From: Simkaniaceae bacterium
GTDB taxonomy: Bacteria > Chlamydiota > Chlamydiia > Chlamydiales > Simkaniaceae
Assembly: GCA_050248615.1 (NCBI GenBank)
Contig: JBFWSA010000005.1
Span: 11,374-75,373, forward strand
Reading direction: 5' to 3'
DNA length: 64,000 nt
The notes beneath the pieces were generated by a model. That model was not told the DNA's origin. It made no database searches and saw nothing but the letters and a program-made list of their open reading frames with translations. A program made the translations under genes and the position numbers. Positions within the stretch are counted from its first letter, which is position 1. Each line of letters opens with the position of its first letter. Shown here one piece after another: positions 39,239 through 49,022 of the stretch.

Positions 39239-39921
39239 AAATCATTGCCCATAGAGGGGCCTCCCAAGAAGCCCCCGAAAATACCCTTTCCGCCTTTGAA
39301 AGAGCTCTCGAATTAGGAGCAGATTGGATTGAGCTGGATGTCCACATGACTCATGACGGCATTCCTGTTGTGATCCATGATTCCACCATTGCTTGGGAAG
39401 AGGACCCTTCAGAACGTTATGCCATCCAAAGTCTGACTTTAGAAGAACTCCAAGAATTTGATTTGGAAAATGGCGAAATCGTCCCCACTTTAGAAAGTGT
39501 CTTAGAGTTAAACATCCCTGCGATGATCGAAATCAAATGGATGGGCGAGCCCTACATCCCCTACATAGAGTCTATTCTCCCTTATCTTAAAGGAAAAGAT
39601 TGTGTGGTTGGATCCCTAAATCCTAAAATCGTTGCCTATTTAAAAACGCATCATTCCCGCACCGTTGGGATTGTTAAGACCCCCTCAGATTTAGAGCCCT
39701 TCATCCAATTGCAGCCCCCTATCTTAGCCCTCCATCACTCTCTCATTAACAAAAACCTCATTCAAAAACTCCATACCCTCAACATCGAAGTCTGGGGCTG
39801 GACCATCGACGATCTCATGCAAGCTCGTGCTTTTGAAGCGATGGGACTGGATGGAGTCATCACTAATCATGTCCGAGAGTTCCTTCAAATCAGCAAAGAT
39901 AAGCCTAAAAAAAATAATTGA
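39235..39921 (+). CDS. Glycerophosphodiester phosphodiesterase
   Basis: IIAHRGAS..APENTL, ELDV, HD, WTID and DGVITN. Confidence 0.93.
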   Translation: MKIIAHRGASQEAPENTLSAFERALELGADWIELDVHMTHDGIPVVIHDSTIAWEEDPSERYAIQSLTLEELQEFDLENGEIVPTLESVLELNIPAMIEIKWMGEPYIPYIESILPYLKGKDCVVGSLNPKIVAYLKTHHSRTVGIVKTPSDLEPFIQLQPPILALHHSLINKNLIQKLHTLNIEVWGWTIDDLMQARAFEAMGLDGVITNHVREFLQISKDKPKKNN

Positions 39922-39982
39922 AAATTATTCGAAAATAACGTCCAATGAGCATTTAACATGATTTAATAGGCCTGGAGGCTGT

Positions 39983-41026
39983 ATGAAAGCTCGACATTTT
40001 TTACCCCTGTGCGCATCTATCTTTGCAACTGCGTTTGCACAAGATTCTCCTCCTTCTTATCAAGAAAATTGCTCGATTACTCCTCTTGCTCAACCCAATA
40101 AATCAAATAGAGTCGTCGATTTTTTCTTCGATGCCGCTTTTATCTATTGGACAGCAAGGCAAGATGGCCTTGCTTACGCCATTGAAGGGGCTGATTTTAA
40201 TTTAGTAAACTTTGACACTCAAAGGGGGCCTATTCATGAACCCGATTGGGCCTTTGAACCAGGCTTTAAGGTCGGAGCAGGATTAAAAATGGAGCATGAT
40301 GGGTGGGATGTCTATGCAAACTACACCTGGCTTCATAGCTCAGCAAGTGATTCCCTAACAGATCCCGGAAATTTCCTTCCAACACTCCAAAACGGTGCTT
40401 TTATCCTTTTCAACATCATCCCTAATCCTCCAGCAGGAGGAGGTTTTCAATCTGCAAGTGAAACCTGGAAACACCACTTTAATGTGATTGATTTAGAACT
40501 GGGGCGTGACTATTACATTAGCCAGTATCTCACCCTGCGTCCCCATTTTGGTTTCAAAGGGACCTGGCAAGAACAAGATGTCCGTGTACGGTATTCTTTT
40601 GTCGATACCAATCAGTTTAGAGCCCATCAACATCAAGATTCCTGGGGAATTGGAATTCGTACAGGTCTAAACGCCTGTTGGTTTTTTATCCCTTCCTTTG
40701 GCCTCTATGGAGATTTTGCCATCAGTGGTCTCTGGAGTGGATTTAACAATTCCCGAAAAGACGACCGGATTTTTCCTGATCAATCGACGCTAAACATCTT
40801 AGATACCCATGAGGTGACCCACTCTGTAAAACCCGTGATTGAGTTTGGTTTAGGATTACGCTACCAACTCCTCTACAATGACGATGACTACCGTTTTCTG
40901 ATCCAGGCGGGTTGGGAAGAGCAAATTTGGATGGATAACAATCATTTAATCGATTTCGCGCAATATGGAGAAAAGGGGACGCTCTCCCTCCAAGGATTCA
41001 CTTTGAAGGTGCGGTTTGACTTCTAA
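39983..41026 (+). CDS. MOMP-like outer membrane beta-barrel (Lpg1974-like)
   Basis: Signal peptide, PGFKVGAG, DLELGR, GWEEQIW and terminal VRFDF. Confidence 0.85.
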   Translation: MKARHFLPLCASIFATAFAQDSPPSYQENCSITPLAQPNKSNRVVDFFFDAAFIYWTARQDGLAYAIEGADFNLVNFDTQRGPIHEPDWAFEPGFKVGAGLKMEHDGWDVYANYTWLHSSASDSLTDPGNFLPTLQNGAFILFNIIPNPPAGGGFQSASETWKHHFNVIDLELGRDYYISQYLTLRPHFGFKGTWQEQDVRVRYSFVDTNQFRAHQHQDSWGIGIRTGLNACWFFIPSFGLYGDFAISGLWSGFNNSRKDDRIFPDQSTLNILDTHEVTHSVKPVIEFGLGLRYQLLYNDDDYRFLIQAGWEEQIWMDNNHLIDFAQYGEKGTLSLQGFTLKVRFDF

Positions 41027-41050
41027 CAATAAAACAATATCGGAGGCTTT

Positions 41051-42136
41051 ATGAAAGCACACAAACTCCTCTCACTTGCTGTGGGAATGGCTGCATGCTG
41101 CAGTACCACACTCGTTCAAGCTGACGGGCAAAGTCAGCGCGGGATGTATAATCCGCCCCCTTCACAAGGAGCAGAGCCCCTTCCCATTACCCCAAACGCT
41201 GGACCCAAGACCGTTTGGGCAGCAGATCCTTTCTTTACAGTAGACTTTATCTACTGGACACCTAGACAAGAGGGTCTAGCCTACGCCATTGAAGGGATCG
41301 ACTTTGGTGCTGTACCAATAGATACTAATAAAGGCCCTATTCATGAGCCTGACTTTGGTTTTGATCCCGGCTTTAAGGTAGGAGCAGGTGTCACCATGCA
41401 ACACGATGGATGGGATGTCTATGCAAACTACACCTGGATCCATAGCACCGCAACAGACAGTGTGACCGATGTCAATGGTTTCCTCCCCACACTACCAAAC
41501 TTTCTGTTCATTTTCTTTAACCTTACCAACCCTCAGCCTCCCATTACAGGAGATCTGTTTAAAGGAAAAACATCTTGGACGCTCCACTATAATACCATCG
41601 ATCTCGAGCTAGGAAGAAACTACTACATCAGCCGCTTCCTAACCTTGCGTCCCCATATCGGACTTAAAGGGACCTGGCAAGATCAAGATCTCCGTACTAG
41701 CTACCACATCACAGATGGCAATGTGATCTCCATTCATAACCATCAGGATTATTATGGAGTGGGTGTACGAGCCGGGTTAAATACCTGCTGGTATTTTATT
41801 AAATCGTTTGGCCTTTATGGAGATTTTGCCCTTACCGGAATGTGGAGTGGTTCGACGAATTTTAGGAATGACAAACGTCATGCTCCTGATGATACCGTTC
41901 AAGCCTTTTTAGAAACGCACCAAGTGAGCCACTCTGTGAAGCCTGTCTTTGAGTTTGGTATTGGCCTCCGCTATGAATACCTCTACAACGATGATGACTT
42001 CCGCTTCCTCATTCAAGCTGGATGGGAAGAGCAAATCTGGGTGGGAAATAACCAGTTTATCGACATTGCGGAATATGGAGATAAAGGGAATCTCACTCTC
42101 CAAGGTCTTACTCTAAAAGTCCGTTTTGACTTTTAA
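41051..42136 (+). CDS. MOMP-like outer membrane beta-barrel, tandem paralogue
   Basis: Long identical blocks shared with the preceding gene (DGWDVYANYTW, LTLRPH, FLIQAGWEEQIW, LKVRFDF). Confidence 0.85.
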   Translation: MKAHKLLSLAVGMAACCSTTLVQADGQSQRGMYNPPPSQGAEPLPITPNAGPKTVWAADPFFTVDFIYWTPRQEGLAYAIEGIDFGAVPIDTNKGPIHEPDFGFDPGFKVGAGVTMQHDGWDVYANYTWIHSTATDSVTDVNGFLPTLPNFLFIFFNLTNPQPPITGDLFKGKTSWTLHYNTIDLELGRNYYISRFLTLRPHIGLKGTWQDQDLRTSYHITDGNVISIHNHQDYYGVGVRAGLNTCWYFIKSFGLYGDFALTGMWSGSTNFRNDKRHAPDDTVQAFLETHQVSHSVKPVFEFGIGLRYEYLYNDDDFRFLIQAGWEEQIWVGNNQFIDIAEYGDKGNLTLQGLTLKVRFDF

Positions 42137-42166
42137 ATTTTTTCCTAAACAAGAAATGATATGAGG

Positions 42167-42194
42167 GCCCAGCCATTCGGCTGGGCTTTTTTTT
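42167..42194 (+). terminator. Rho-independent terminator after the MOMP-like pair
   Basis: GCCCAGCC-ATTC-GGCTGGGC followed by T8. Confidence 0.9.
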
Positions 42195-42271
42195 AATTTT
42201 TTTTATTAATAATAAAAAAAACAGAAAATGTTATAATTGTATTACTGAACCATAAAATACTGGAGGGTACT

Positions 42272-42601
42272 ATGGCTTTTGGAATACACCCCTATTCTCA
42301 GGGGAGTTCATCTCATTTATATTCAACTTTTAATGCAAAGAAAGAAACCCCATCCGAAAATTCTATTTTTTCAAATGCAATAAAAAATATTTCAGATTTC
42401 TTCTCTGGATCGCCAGTCGAACTATCAAGTAGATTTTTAAAAACAGGTGGACTCATGATTGGGGGATCTCTTGTAACCTCTTTTTTCCTCCCTGTTCTCC
42501 CTGCACTAGCCCCCTTTGTTGGATTTTCCCTAGGGATGGGCTCTAGTTTCGTGGGAGTTGGAACTAGTTATGGGATCCTGCATCTTTTAGAAGGTAAGTA
42601 A
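42272..42601 (+). CDS. Small protein with long bilobed hydrophobic segment (Inc-like)
   Basis: GGAGG RBS, a Ser-rich hydrophilic N-terminus, then an uncharged segment of about 45 aa with a central Pro kink. Confidence 0.6.
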   Translation: MAFGIHPYSQGSSSHLYSTFNAKKETPSENSIFSNAIKNISDFFSGSPVELSSRFLKTGGLMIGGSLVTSFFLPVLPALAPFVGFSLGMGSSFVGVGTSYGILHLLEGK

Positions 42602-42607
42602 CGCACA

Positions 42608-44029
42608 CTATCCTTTAAGAACCATAGAGGGGCGAAGCCGCGCTACGCGACTAGCGAGCTTTGTCTCTTCTACTGCTTCCACAACGGTATCAACATCTTT
42701 ATAGGCATCAGGCATCTCTTCTGCAATTGTCCGTCCCGAAGAGGCACGCACTAAGACATTTTGCTTCTCCATATGCTTCACGAGATCTTTTCCCTGCCAC
42801 GCTTTCAGAGACTGAACGCGGCTGCGTGCTCTACCGGCTCCATGACAAGAACTGCAAAAAGTGAGGGGATTCCCTAGACCAACCAAGAGATAGCTGGCGC
42901 GCCCCATATCCCCCGGAACTAGGACAGGTTGCCCCGTCTTTTTAAAAAGGGGCATGAGCTCTTCGGCACCAGGTCCATAGGCTCGCGTAGCACCTTTGCG
43001 GTGGACGCACAACCGTTTCCCCTGATGCGTTTCAAACTTTGCAATATTGTGACAGACATCATAGAGAAGTTTCACCTCCTCTTTAGGAATCGAGCATACT
43101 TCCTGAAAAGCCTGGCGCACAGCATGCAAAATTTGCTGACGGTTATTAAACGCAAAGTTAGCGGCAGCAGCCATCGCAGAAAAGTAATGTTGCCCCTCTT
43201 GACTTTGAATGGGCGCAGCTACCAATTGCCGGTCTGGAAGCCCTTCATGATACCCCTTTTTTATAAAGGCATTCAGGGTATCCTGACAGATCTGATGCCC
43301 AAACCCCCGCGATCCCGAGTGAATCAAGACATAGGTGAGTCCCTCTTCTACCCCCCAATCTTTTGCAATATCCCCTAAAAAGATCTTCTGAATCTCCCCG
43401 ATTTCTACAAAGTGATTCCCCGAACCAATGGTCCCCAGTTGATTAGCTCCCCTTTCCTTTGCATGGGAAGAAACGGTCTCTAAATCGGCATCTTCAATAC
43501 ATCCATGACTCTCCATGTGTTGCAAATCTTGTGCAAATCCAAATCCCTTTTCAATAGACCACCTCGCTCCTTGCTGAATGAGTGCGCGATAATCGGTATC
43601 ATTGAGTTTCTTTTTCCCTCGTTGCCCATGCCCGACCCCTGAGGGGACAAGAGCATAAATACGATCAATGAGATCTTGTTTCATGGACTGGGTAAAATCC
43701 TTAGATGGAAGGGGAACAAGGGCCATACGCACACCGCAATTGATGTCATAACCCACCCCTCCTGGACTGATCACTCCCTTCTTAACATCCATGGCGGCTA
43801 CCCCCCCAATGGGAAATCCATATCCCCAATGGATATCTGGCATCGCCACACTGTGCCCGACAATTCCAGGTAAATAAGCCACATTGCGGACTTGTTCGAG
43901 AGGTTTTTCGATCTCCATGTCTTGAAGGAGACTATCCGTGGCAATGAGAAGACCCGGAACACGCATCCCTCCAACTTTGGGAACGCGATAGGTTGCAGGT
44001 CCTATTTTTTCTAAATCAGACATCGACAA
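42608..44029 (-). CDS. rtcB: RtcB RNA ligase (archaeal/eukaryote-like type)
   Basis: MPDIHWGYGFPIGG, GYDINCG, GSGNHF, HSGSRG, HNIAK, HRKGAT and SCHGAGR. Confidence 0.96.
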   Translation of the reverse strand: MSMSDLEKIGPATYRVPKVGGMRVPGLLIATDSLLQDMEIEKPLEQVRNVAYLPGIVGHSVAMPDIHWGYGFPIGGVAAMDVKKGVISPGGVGYDINCGVRMALVPLPSKDFTQSMKQDLIDRIYALVPSGVGHGQRGKKKLNDTDYRALIQQGARWSIEKGFGFAQDLQHMESHGCIEDADLETVSSHAKERGANQLGTIGSGNHFVEIGEIQKIFLGDIAKDWGVEEGLTYVLIHSGSRGFGHQICQDTLNAFIKKGYHEGLPDRQLVAAPIQSQEGQHYFSAMAAAANFAFNNRQQILHAVRQAFQEVCSIPKEEVKLLYDVCHNIAKFETHQGKRLCVHRKGATRAYGPGAEELMPLFKKTGQPVLVPGDMGRASYLLVGLGNPLTFCSSCHGAGRARSRVQSLKAWQGKDLVKHMEKQNVLVRASSGRTIAEEMPDAYKDVDTVVEAVEETKLASRVARLRPSMVLKG

Positions 44030-44825
44030 TCATCTCCCAAGTCAAAATGCCACCCTCTTTTTTTATTGTCCCATGAAAACTTACCGCTTTAAAGGGAGTT
44101 CCGATCTGATGGTCTGCTCGAGAGACGATCTCATTTAGGCGCATAATCATCTCTTCTAAACTCTTTACATGAAGTGCGGAATCATAAAAAGGGAGGATTT
44201 CGGGACATTCAAAAGCTAGGGCTATTTGTGCATTTAAATAGAGCTGCTCCAAACTTTCCCCATAAATGCGAAAAGCGATATCGGCAATATGCTCGATCTC
44301 CTCAAAGGGAGGGAGGAGATCGTGGGTCCAGATGGGTTCATAACGAAGCCCACTGTGACTTTCGTAAAGATGGAGATTTTGAAAATAGATCGGTAAAGGT
44401 TTAAAGGCTTTTTTCCATTGACTGGGCAAAAAAGGACTCCGCCCGAGTGTCACATGCTTGAGAAATTCCCGATGTTCAAAGTGGTATCCTTGCGCTTCTA
44501 AAAAGGTGCTCAACGTTTCCTGATAATCTGCTAAGAGATCATGATCCCCTAAGGAATCTACATGCCATGTTACCACTTTAGGATCCCGTCGGGGTAAAAA
44601 CAAACACGAATCACACAAGCCCACTGGGGCAACTCGAAAGGGCGGGCGCGGAACCTTTGGAATGAGCGCTTTAATTTTCCCATACGAAGAGTCTCCCAGA
44701 AAAGCAAGGGTGATATGGCGGTGTTTGGCTCTCAAGGTACGGGCATCAGGAAGCGCTTCGGGCCAAGGAGCATGGGCCTCCATCCCGAAAAAAAGACGCT
44801 TCTGATCCAGATTATTTTCTGTCAT
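44016..44825 (-). CDS. 2H phosphoesterase (ThpR/LigT) - archease fusion protein
   Basis: N-terminal RLFFG, HITLAFLG, HVTLGR and LYES. C-terminal FEEIEHIADIAFRIYGESLEQL...KAVSFH...IVDV is the archease pattern. Confidence 0.88.
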   Translation of the reverse strand: MTENNLDQKRLFFGMEAHAPWPEALPDARTLRAKHRHITLAFLGDSSYGKIKALIPKVPRPPFRVAPVGLCDSCLFLPRRDPKVVTWHVDSLGDHDLLADYQETLSTFLEAQGYHFEHREFLKHVTLGRSPFLPSQWKKAFKPLPIYFQNLHLYESHSGLRYEPIWTHDLLPPFEEIEHIADIAFRIYGESLEQLYLNAQIALAFECPEILPFYDSALHVKSLEEMIMRLNEIVSRADHQIGTPFKAVSFHGTIKKEGGILTWEMIVDV

Positions 44826-45318
44826 CTTGTTTAGGACCTTTTAGAAGTCTTTTGAATATAGCATAAAAGAATCCTACTAAAATACCAAAAACAAGATGGC
44901 TAATGATCGAATTTACCACTTCCCCGATGGCGGCATCACTCCAACGGTAATTGGGGGAAATAGAGAAGAAAAGAGGCATCAGATAAAACGGAGTAATCAG
45001 CCACCAAACCATTCCAAAGACTGCCCCCAACCAAACGCCTCTCCATAGATTTTTCACAAGTTTCTGAAAAATCAGGGAAAAAAGAATTCCCAAAACAGTT
45101 GCAGTAAAAAAATGCCCGATATAAATGATCACATTTTCACTCACCCCATAAGCCTGCCCTACCAATTCATAGACCTTCATTTGGTCTAAAACAACCATAA
45201 GGAGCATCGGAGGAATGATCTGCGTATGCATCCAAAGGAGCATTACAATCATACCGGTTAGGAGCCCTGCAATCGCCCCCAATAACACATTTAATAAAAT
45301 AGAAGCCTTCTTCGTCAT
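44812..45318 (-). CDS. Four-TM membrane protein with two intramembrane His
   Basis: GAIAGLLT, IGHFF, GAVFGMVWW and SHLVFG. Overlaps the thpR-archease start by 14 nt. Confidence 0.75.
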   Translation of the reverse strand: MTKKASILLNVLLGAIAGLLTGMIVMLLWMHTQIIPPMLLMVVLDQMKVYELVGQAYGVSENVIIYIGHFFTATVLGILFSLIFQKLVKNLWRGVWLGAVFGMVWWLITPFYLMPLFFSISPNYRWSDAAIGEVVNSIISHLVFGILVGFFYAIFKRLLKGPKQDDRK

Positions 45319-45375
45319 AATTTATACATAACACCTCTTTGAAAAAAAAAAGAACTCTAGCTATCTAATAAAGTT

Positions 45376-46773
45376 ATGAACCCCTCTGTATTTCATCACG
45401 TTCTTTCTGCTTTTATCTCCGAAAGATATCCCTATACAAAATCCCATCCCATTGAAAACCCAGACCTTTTAAAGTCTTGGGGTCTTGATCCTAAAATCTA
45501 CCGTCCCCTTCCGCGTCAAACCTTTCACGAGGAACTAGGAATTGCAGAAATAAAAGGCCCTTTTCAAGATCTTCAACTGCTAAAAAAACATCTGATTGAT
45601 TCTGCAGTCCTCTCTCTTTACACTCACGCTCCCCCCCGAAGATCGATTATCCTCTTCACGTGGGTCTATTGGGATGGATGGGGAGATTATTATGCACAAC
45701 TCGATTGTGCGAAACTCTTAAGAGAGCGCTTGGGAGACCACGAGATCACTTTAGTCACCTGTTTGAGAAAAACCCAGCCCCCCACGGAAACGCTCCCGAA
45801 TCAACATTTTGTCTTCTTTGAAAAAGGGAGTAAACCGCAGTTCCCCCCCTTCCTTCTAAAAAAAATGCAAGCGAGCCATCTTCTTTTTCAATTTCCTACC
45901 TACTACCCCCATACTGATGCCCTGATGGAGGAGCTGGGGCCTCAGCTCAAATATGAATTTTTAGGAGAGAGTGGATTCATTGACACTCCCGATTATCACC
46001 CTCAATGTGGGCGACGTTGTATGGGGCTACATTTTCTCGAAAAAGGAGTACTGATCAAGTCGGTTCCTCCTAAAAAAAAGGGCCCTCCTTACTATTTTGC
46101 TTATACCCGGAGTGCAGAGGGGCTCTACCACTACATCCAAGCCTTAATTTCTTGGAAGCAAACCGATCTTTCTCTCTGTGTTTTTAAAATAGAGCACGTT
46201 CTTAATGTCGTGAAACAGGGGATTCCAGGAGTCAAACAAGCAGAAATCTTCATCGATCATACCGTGACAACCGTTCCTCTAGCAGAAACAGGAATCCTTT
46301 TACGTTTTGATGTGAAACAAAAGGTTTCCCATCGTGTGTTTTTGACTTTGCTCAATGAAAGTGAAGATTTTGTAGCTTGTACAGGAGATGGCTCCCTTTT
46401 TGAAGCGATCTCTTGTGGGAAAATCTTTTATTACGACACCCCTCAGCACAAAAAAAACTTTCTGGAAGATCTTGTAGCCCTTGCAACGACGCGTACCCCT
46501 CAGGCTCTCCCTTTTTTTAAAAATCCTGCAGCTGTTCAAGACATTGCGGTGAGAAAAGCTCTTTTTGAACTCACAGCAATCATTCAAAGAGAGCATGCGG
46601 TGAATGAGACCCTTTGTCAAATCATCCGACGCGCTCTTTGCCACCAAGCTGTTCCCGAGCTGGAACAACATGAACAAAGGATCCTCACCTCCTTTTCGAA
46701 AGGAGAGATTGATGCTCCTGAAGCCCTTAATGCTATCCATAAAACCCTGAACCTGCTAATTCCTAAAGCATGA
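45376..46773 (+). CDS. Hypothetical protein, GT-B glycosyltransferase-like (EarP-like motifs)
   Basis: DGWGDYY near the N-terminus and DFVACTGDGSLFEAISCGKIF near the C-terminus. Confidence 0.45.
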   Translation: MNPSVFHHVLSAFISERYPYTKSHPIENPDLLKSWGLDPKIYRPLPRQTFHEELGIAEIKGPFQDLQLLKKHLIDSAVLSLYTHAPPRRSIILFTWVYWDGWGDYYAQLDCAKLLRERLGDHEITLVTCLRKTQPPTETLPNQHFVFFEKGSKPQFPPFLLKKMQASHLLFQFPTYYPHTDALMEELGPQLKYEFLGESGFIDTPDYHPQCGRRCMGLHFLEKGVLIKSVPPKKKGPPYYFAYTRSAEGLYHYIQALISWKQTDLSLCVFKIEHVLNVVKQGIPGVKQAEIFIDHTVTTVPLAETGILLRFDVKQKVSHRVFLTLLNESEDFVACTGDGSLFEAISCGKIFYYDTPQHKKNFLEDLVALATTRTPQALPFFKNPAAVQDIAVRKALFELTAIIQREHAVNETLCQIIRRALCHQAVPELEQHEQRILTSFSKGEIDAPEALNAIHKTLNLLIPKA

Positions 46774-48044
46774 AGAAACATTTAAATATGCGTCGCTGGA
46801 TCATTTGGGGACTAGCTGTCGCTTTTTACTTTTACGAGTATTTCCTCCGTGTTGCCCCCAGTGTGATGGTCCAAGATCTCTTCGAATCTTTCCAAATCGG
46901 TGCCGCAACACTCGGCGTCATTTCTGCTGCTTATCTCTATGCTTATGCCCCCATGCAACTTCCGGTGGGGATGTTAATGGATCGTTTTGGAGCGCGTAAA
47001 CTCTTGACTTTGGCAGCCCTTGTCTGCGGAATTGCCTCCATCCTATTTGGCATGGCCCTGAAGGTTCCGATCACGATCGTAGCACGCCTCCTCATGGGAG
47101 CGGGTTCAGCCTTTGCTTTTATCGGCATGGTATACATCTGCTCTCACTGGTTTCACGGAAAAATTTTAGCTCTACTTGTGGGCGTGGGAAACTCGATCGG
47201 AATGCTCGGAGCCGTTTTTGGAGAAGGTCCCTTAGCGGAATTAGTCGACCGCTTTTCCTGGCGCCCCACTTCCATCGCATTGGGGATTGCAGGGCTTGCC
47301 CTAGGACTCATTATTTACTTAGCCGTACGCAATGAGCCTGCAGGCATGAAGCACCATGATCCTCAACCTAAAAACTCCTTTGGAAAAAATTTTAAGAGCG
47401 TTTGTAAAAACCCCCAAACCTGGATTAACGGGGTTGTGTGCATGATGTTTTACACAGCAACAGTAGGATATGGAGGACTTTGGGCTATCCCTTTTTTGAA
47501 AAACGTCCATCATATGTCGAATGAAGAGGCAAGTTTTGCCGCTTCCATGGTCTATGTCGGGTGGATCGTGGCTGGACCGATTATTGGCTATGTCTCTGAT
47601 AGACTCTGCAATCGCAAAATCATGCTCTATATCTTTACGCTCCTCAGTCTTATCTTTTTTTCCATTATTACCTATGGCAATATCTCTTCCGATCTATGCA
47701 TTTTTATTCTCATTTTTCTCCTCGGCATGTCTCTTTCAGCGCAACTTTTAAACTATAGCCTTGCCATCGAGCTCAACTCTCCAGAGACCAAAGGGACCGC
47801 CTTAGCCATTACCAACTGCCTTGTTTTCATAGCAGGCTCTGCAATCCAAACACTCGTTGGATCCCTTCTGGATCATAATTGGACAGGCGAATGGGTCGAT
47901 CATGTCCGTGTTTATTCCCCCCATAACTACCGAATAGCTCTCACCGCTTTCCCCATTACCCTAGTGCTTGCCTTTGTCTTTACTTTTTTCATTAAAGAGA
48001 AAAACAAACCCTGGTGCAAGACCTACTCAACCTCTTCATCCTAA
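46770..48044 (+). CDS. MFS transporter
   Basis: GMLMDRFGARK (motif A), ARLLMGAG, about 12 TM segments. Confidence 0.93.
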   Translation: MKKHLNMRRWIIWGLAVAFYFYEYFLRVAPSVMVQDLFESFQIGAATLGVISAAYLYAYAPMQLPVGMLMDRFGARKLLTLAALVCGIASILFGMALKVPITIVARLLMGAGSAFAFIGMVYICSHWFHGKILALLVGVGNSIGMLGAVFGEGPLAELVDRFSWRPTSIALGIAGLALGLIIYLAVRNEPAGMKHHDPQPKNSFGKNFKSVCKNPQTWINGVVCMMFYTATVGYGGLWAIPFLKNVHHMSNEEASFAASMVYVGWIVAGPIIGYVSDRLCNRKIMLYIFTLLSLIFFSIITYGNISSDLCIFILIFLLGMSLSAQLLNYSLAIELNSPETKGTALAITNCLVFIAGSAIQTLVGSLLDHNWTGEWVDHVRVYSPHNYRIALTAFPITLVLAFVFTFFIKEKNKPWCKTYSTSSS

Positions 48045-48111
48045 AAAAAATATTGATTAATAATCCCTAAATCTTACAGACTTGCAGCCTTTCAAAAAAT
48101 AAGGACCACTT

Positions 48112-48993
48112 ATGGCTGTAGCAATTGCTTATCCTGTAAAAATTAATGATGTACCAGAGTTCCCCCCTCCCTCAAAAAAAATGGATCCTCTGCCAAAAAT
48201 AGAGGAACGTCTTCCGCAAGCAACAACGATTAAATGGGGAGACAAGATTTACATCCTGCATGACCAATCGGTTTCCTATTTACATAATGGTCAAGCCGCA
48301 CAGCTCCTCATGCGAAAAACAAGAATGGCCGCTCCGACGACAATGGAACTTTCTCTAAATGGCTTTGTATTGGGATTGCCGAATGGAAAAGTAGAGGTTT
48401 GGGATATCCATGGGAGTCGCACTTCCCTACATGCTTTTGAGGCTGAAGCCTCTCAGGTTAATTCTATTGATACGCTGGGGCACTCGATTTTGTGTGGAAC
48501 CAATCAGCTTTCTTTAGTCGATACCCGTCAAGCTGACGCTCCTTGGACGATTTGGGACCATCATAGGTCTCCAGTCCAATCTGTTTCTTTTGTTTCCGAG
48601 ACAATTTTTACCTCAGGGAGTGAAGACACACTGAAATTGTGGGATAGTAGAACACGTAGACCTCTTGTAACCATCGAGAGAAATATCACAGCCCTCGATT
48701 GGTTTGGACCCCGCATGATTTCTGCAGGGAGTGATAACGTTGTCCGCCTTTGGGAACTTACATCCACCTCTTTTGCGGAAAGAGAAACCTATGAACTCCC
48801 TTGCTCTACAGTCTATCTTACGCGCACTTGTGCGGTTGCCTTAAGTACAAATCATGTCTATATCCGTTCGGGTGAGGAAGTGAAACTGCAAAAATTGCAA
48901 AATCCCTATCCCCCTTCTGCCTTAAGTCCTAATCGCGACTACTTAGTGACACAAGATGCCTCTGGCTACATAACCTTTTTTAAGCTTGCTTGA
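48112..48993 (+). CDS. WD40-repeat protein
   Basis: VEVWD, HRSPVQSVSF...SGSEDTLKLWD and SAGSDNVVRLWE. Confidence 0.85.
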   Translation: MAVAIAYPVKINDVPEFPPPSKKMDPLPKIEERLPQATTIKWGDKIYILHDQSVSYLHNGQAAQLLMRKTRMAAPTTMELSLNGFVLGLPNGKVEVWDIHGSRTSLHAFEAEASQVNSIDTLGHSILCGTNQLSLVDTRQADAPWTIWDHHRSPVQSVSFVSETIFTSGSEDTLKLWDSRTRRPLVTIERNITALDWFGPRMISAGSDNVVRLWELTSTSFAERETYELPCSTVYLTRTCAVALSTNHVYIRSGEEVKLQKLQNPYPPSALSPNRDYLVTQDASGYITFFKLA

Positions 48994-49022
48994 GAATTAT
49001 CCTCCCGCTATGAAAATAATTG

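Noticed and set aside
42608..44825. Functional link between the RtcB operon and excision or splicing of the hairpin elements
   Set aside because: The idea is attractive but nothing in the sequence supports it. No element is adjacent to the operon and no splice-like motif was seen.
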